Assembly (NCBI GenBank): GCA_038046385.1
Contig: JBBSWH010000005.1
Coordinates: 468-32,467, forward strand
Direction of reading: 5' to 3'
DNA length: 32,000 bases
Origin: Nanobdellota archaeon
Lineage (GTDB): Archaea > Nanobdellota > Nanobdellia > Woesearchaeales > GW2011-AR4
The stretch's first letter is position 1. Each line of letters starts with the position of its first letter. This document shows, piece after piece, positions 30,886 to 32,000 of the stretch. Under the pieces are notes generated by a model. That model worked only from the letters and a program-made list of their open reading frames with translations. It had not been told where the DNA came from and made no database searches. Made by a program: the position numbers and the translations under genes.

Positions 30886-32000
30886 TTATCCAATAAATTT
30901 CTTCAGAACATCTTCATAATTGAGTTCAACTTCCATATCCCATTCTGAGGGGAAGCACTCGTAATAATTGCGATTTGTATATCGCTCGTCTAAGAATATA
31001 ATTGCGCCTTTATCTGTTTCTGACCTTATGCAGCGGCCTGCATTCTGCAAACATTTGGTTATTGCAGGAAGTATATACCCATATTCAACTCCCCTTTCAA
31101 ATTTGTCATCATAATATTCTATAAGCAGTTTAGTTTCTGCATCCGGCTTTTGCAAAGGCAAGCCAACTATAACCACAGCTTTCAGAACATTCGGCATGTC
31201 TATTCCTTCTCCAAAAGAGCCTGTTGATACCCCAAGAAGGACACTGTTTCCGGAATGGTTTCTGAATGAAGCCAGCATATTTTCTTTTTCTTCTTTTATC
31301 ATCCTCTGCTTTTCCATGAAGATCGGATTATTGCACACTTTTTTCAGATGCTCATTGATGTTCTGCATCAAGTCATAGCTTGGAAAGAATATTGCAGTTT
31401 TCCCGTTTACAATCTTTATGACATCGCTGCAGACAGAAGCAATTTCACTGTATTGCTTGTGGCTTCTTTCAACAAACTTTGTTGTTGTCTTTGGTATAAT
31501 CAAATTTAATCTGTTTTTCTTTGGAAACGGGCTTTTGTATTCTTTTTCAATTACATTGTTCCCTAAGCCAAGAATGTCCTTGTACATCTCTGTTGGAGTT
31601 AAAGTGCCTGACATTAGTATTGAGGAATAGCAATTATCAAAGACTTCTTTTGTGGCAATTGACGGGTCAAGGCACCTGTAAGCAAGGTTTATTTTTATTT
31701 TCTTGTCAGAATATTTTGAAACAATCCTTCCGAAGCCCTTGTCAGGCCCAAGCCATGCCTCGAGGAATTTTGCAATATTCAAAACAAAACTTCTCTTTTG
31801 CTTGTCCCTTATGTCCTCTCCAATAAAAAGCAGCTCTGAAACAACAGTGTCATAATTTTTTATCTTGTTTATCTGGTCTACAAAATCATTTTTGCTTATG
31901 ATTGCTTCCGAATCAATATCTTTTGCAACTGCAAAGAGCGCTTCCTCTATAATATGCAGGTTTGCAGCTGTTTCAGGATATTCATATTTCTGCGCCTCTT
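30886..32000 (-). CDS. XPD/Rad3 (DinG-superfamily) helicase, C-terminal part; 5' end runs off the window
   Basis: ILMSGTLTP, AIFFPSYDLM, VLLGVSTGSFGEGIDMP, VVIVGLPL and QNAGRCIRSETDKGAIIFLDERY are helicase motifs IV-VI of the XPD type. The track start at 31782 is a TTG. I read the frame as open from 31782 up to 32000 (..EAQKYEYPETAANLHIIEEALFAVAKDI..). Confidence 0.85.
   Translation of the reverse strand, partial: EAQKYEYPETAANLHIIEEALFAVAKDIDSEAIISKNDFVDQINKIKNYDTVVSELLFIGEDIRDKQKRSFVLNIAKFLEAWLGPDKGFGRIVSKYSDKKIKINLAYRCLDPSIATKEVFDNCYSSILMSGTLTPTEMYKDILGLGNNVIEKEYKSPFPKKNRLNLIIPKTTTKFVERSHKQYSEIASVCSDVIKIVNGKTAIFFPSYDLMQNINEHLKKVCNNPIFMEKQRMIKEEKENMLASFRNHSGNSVLLGVSTGSFGEGIDMPNVLKAVVIVGLPLQKPDAETKLLIEYYDDKFERGVEYGYILPAITKCLQNAGRCIRSETDKGAIIFLDERYTNRNYYECFPSEWDMEVELNYEDVLKKFIG

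Noticed and set aside
1-32000. Search for CRISPR arrays, IS elements or transposases, integrases, rRNA genes, and long direct repeats.
   Set aside because: No regularly spaced direct repeats, transposase or integrase motifs, or rRNA-like sequence were seen on either strand. The only repeat structures are the inverted-repeat elements reported above.

Overview
This is an AT-rich fragment, roughly mid-30s % GC by eye (not computed). It looks archaeal and is probably from a small-genome DPANN-type lineage. The evidence for an archaeal origin is:
- a tRNA gene with a 39-nt non-canonical intron and a bulge-helix-bulge-like fold;
- TTTAWATA-type TATA boxes centred about 25-26 nt before several ATGs, implying leaderless mRNAs;
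- an archaeal-type PEP carboxylase with the MSTQHPDN motif;
- an XPD/Rad3 helicase, a tandem Lrp/AsnC regulator, and a FlaI/PilB-like ATPase with a small RHH (ribbon-helix-helix) gene.

Gene content, left to right:
- 1-2230: secretion/pilus-type ATPase plus RHH protein on the minus strand.
- About 2577-18748: a dense, almost entirely plus-strand cluster for copper handling and extracytoplasmic thiol chemistry. It holds two Lgt paralogs, DsbA-like, TlpA-like, Prx-like and VKOR-type Trx-fold proteins, a CcdA/DsbD-like transporter, a lipobox multicopper oxidase, SHOCT, DUF2933-like and DUF2892-like proteins, ArsR, CopZ, an HMA (heavy-metal-associated) domain fused to a membrane protein, a cupredoxin-like lipoprotein, CopA and DUF302. 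It also holds three copies of an unassignable small membrane protein with an intramembrane Cys pair.
- 18786-21525: a tandem Lrp/AsnC regulator, then a HicA-like gene translationally coupled to a B12-domain-type radical SAM enzyme.
- 21613-26292: a LivJ/H/M/G/F-type ABC importer.
- 26333-29651: archaeal PEPC, Tag glycosylase, TrhO and a DUF59 protein.
- 29689-32000: tRNA-Val(CAC), two orphan genes and a 5'-truncated XPD helicase.

No CRISPR array, IS element, integrase or rRNA was seen. The most novel-looking items are:
- the recurrent Cys-pair membrane protein family beside Trx-fold and copper genes;
- bacterial-type Lgt genes (one canonical, one with a diverged catalytic signature) with four lipobox substrates in an archaeal context;
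- the HMA domain fused to a Gly/Met-rich membrane domain;
- the HicA/radical-SAM pair;
- two GC-richer, heavily nested inverted-repeat elements lying just upstream of core promoters.

All family assignments come from motif recognition by eye. No database search was run.
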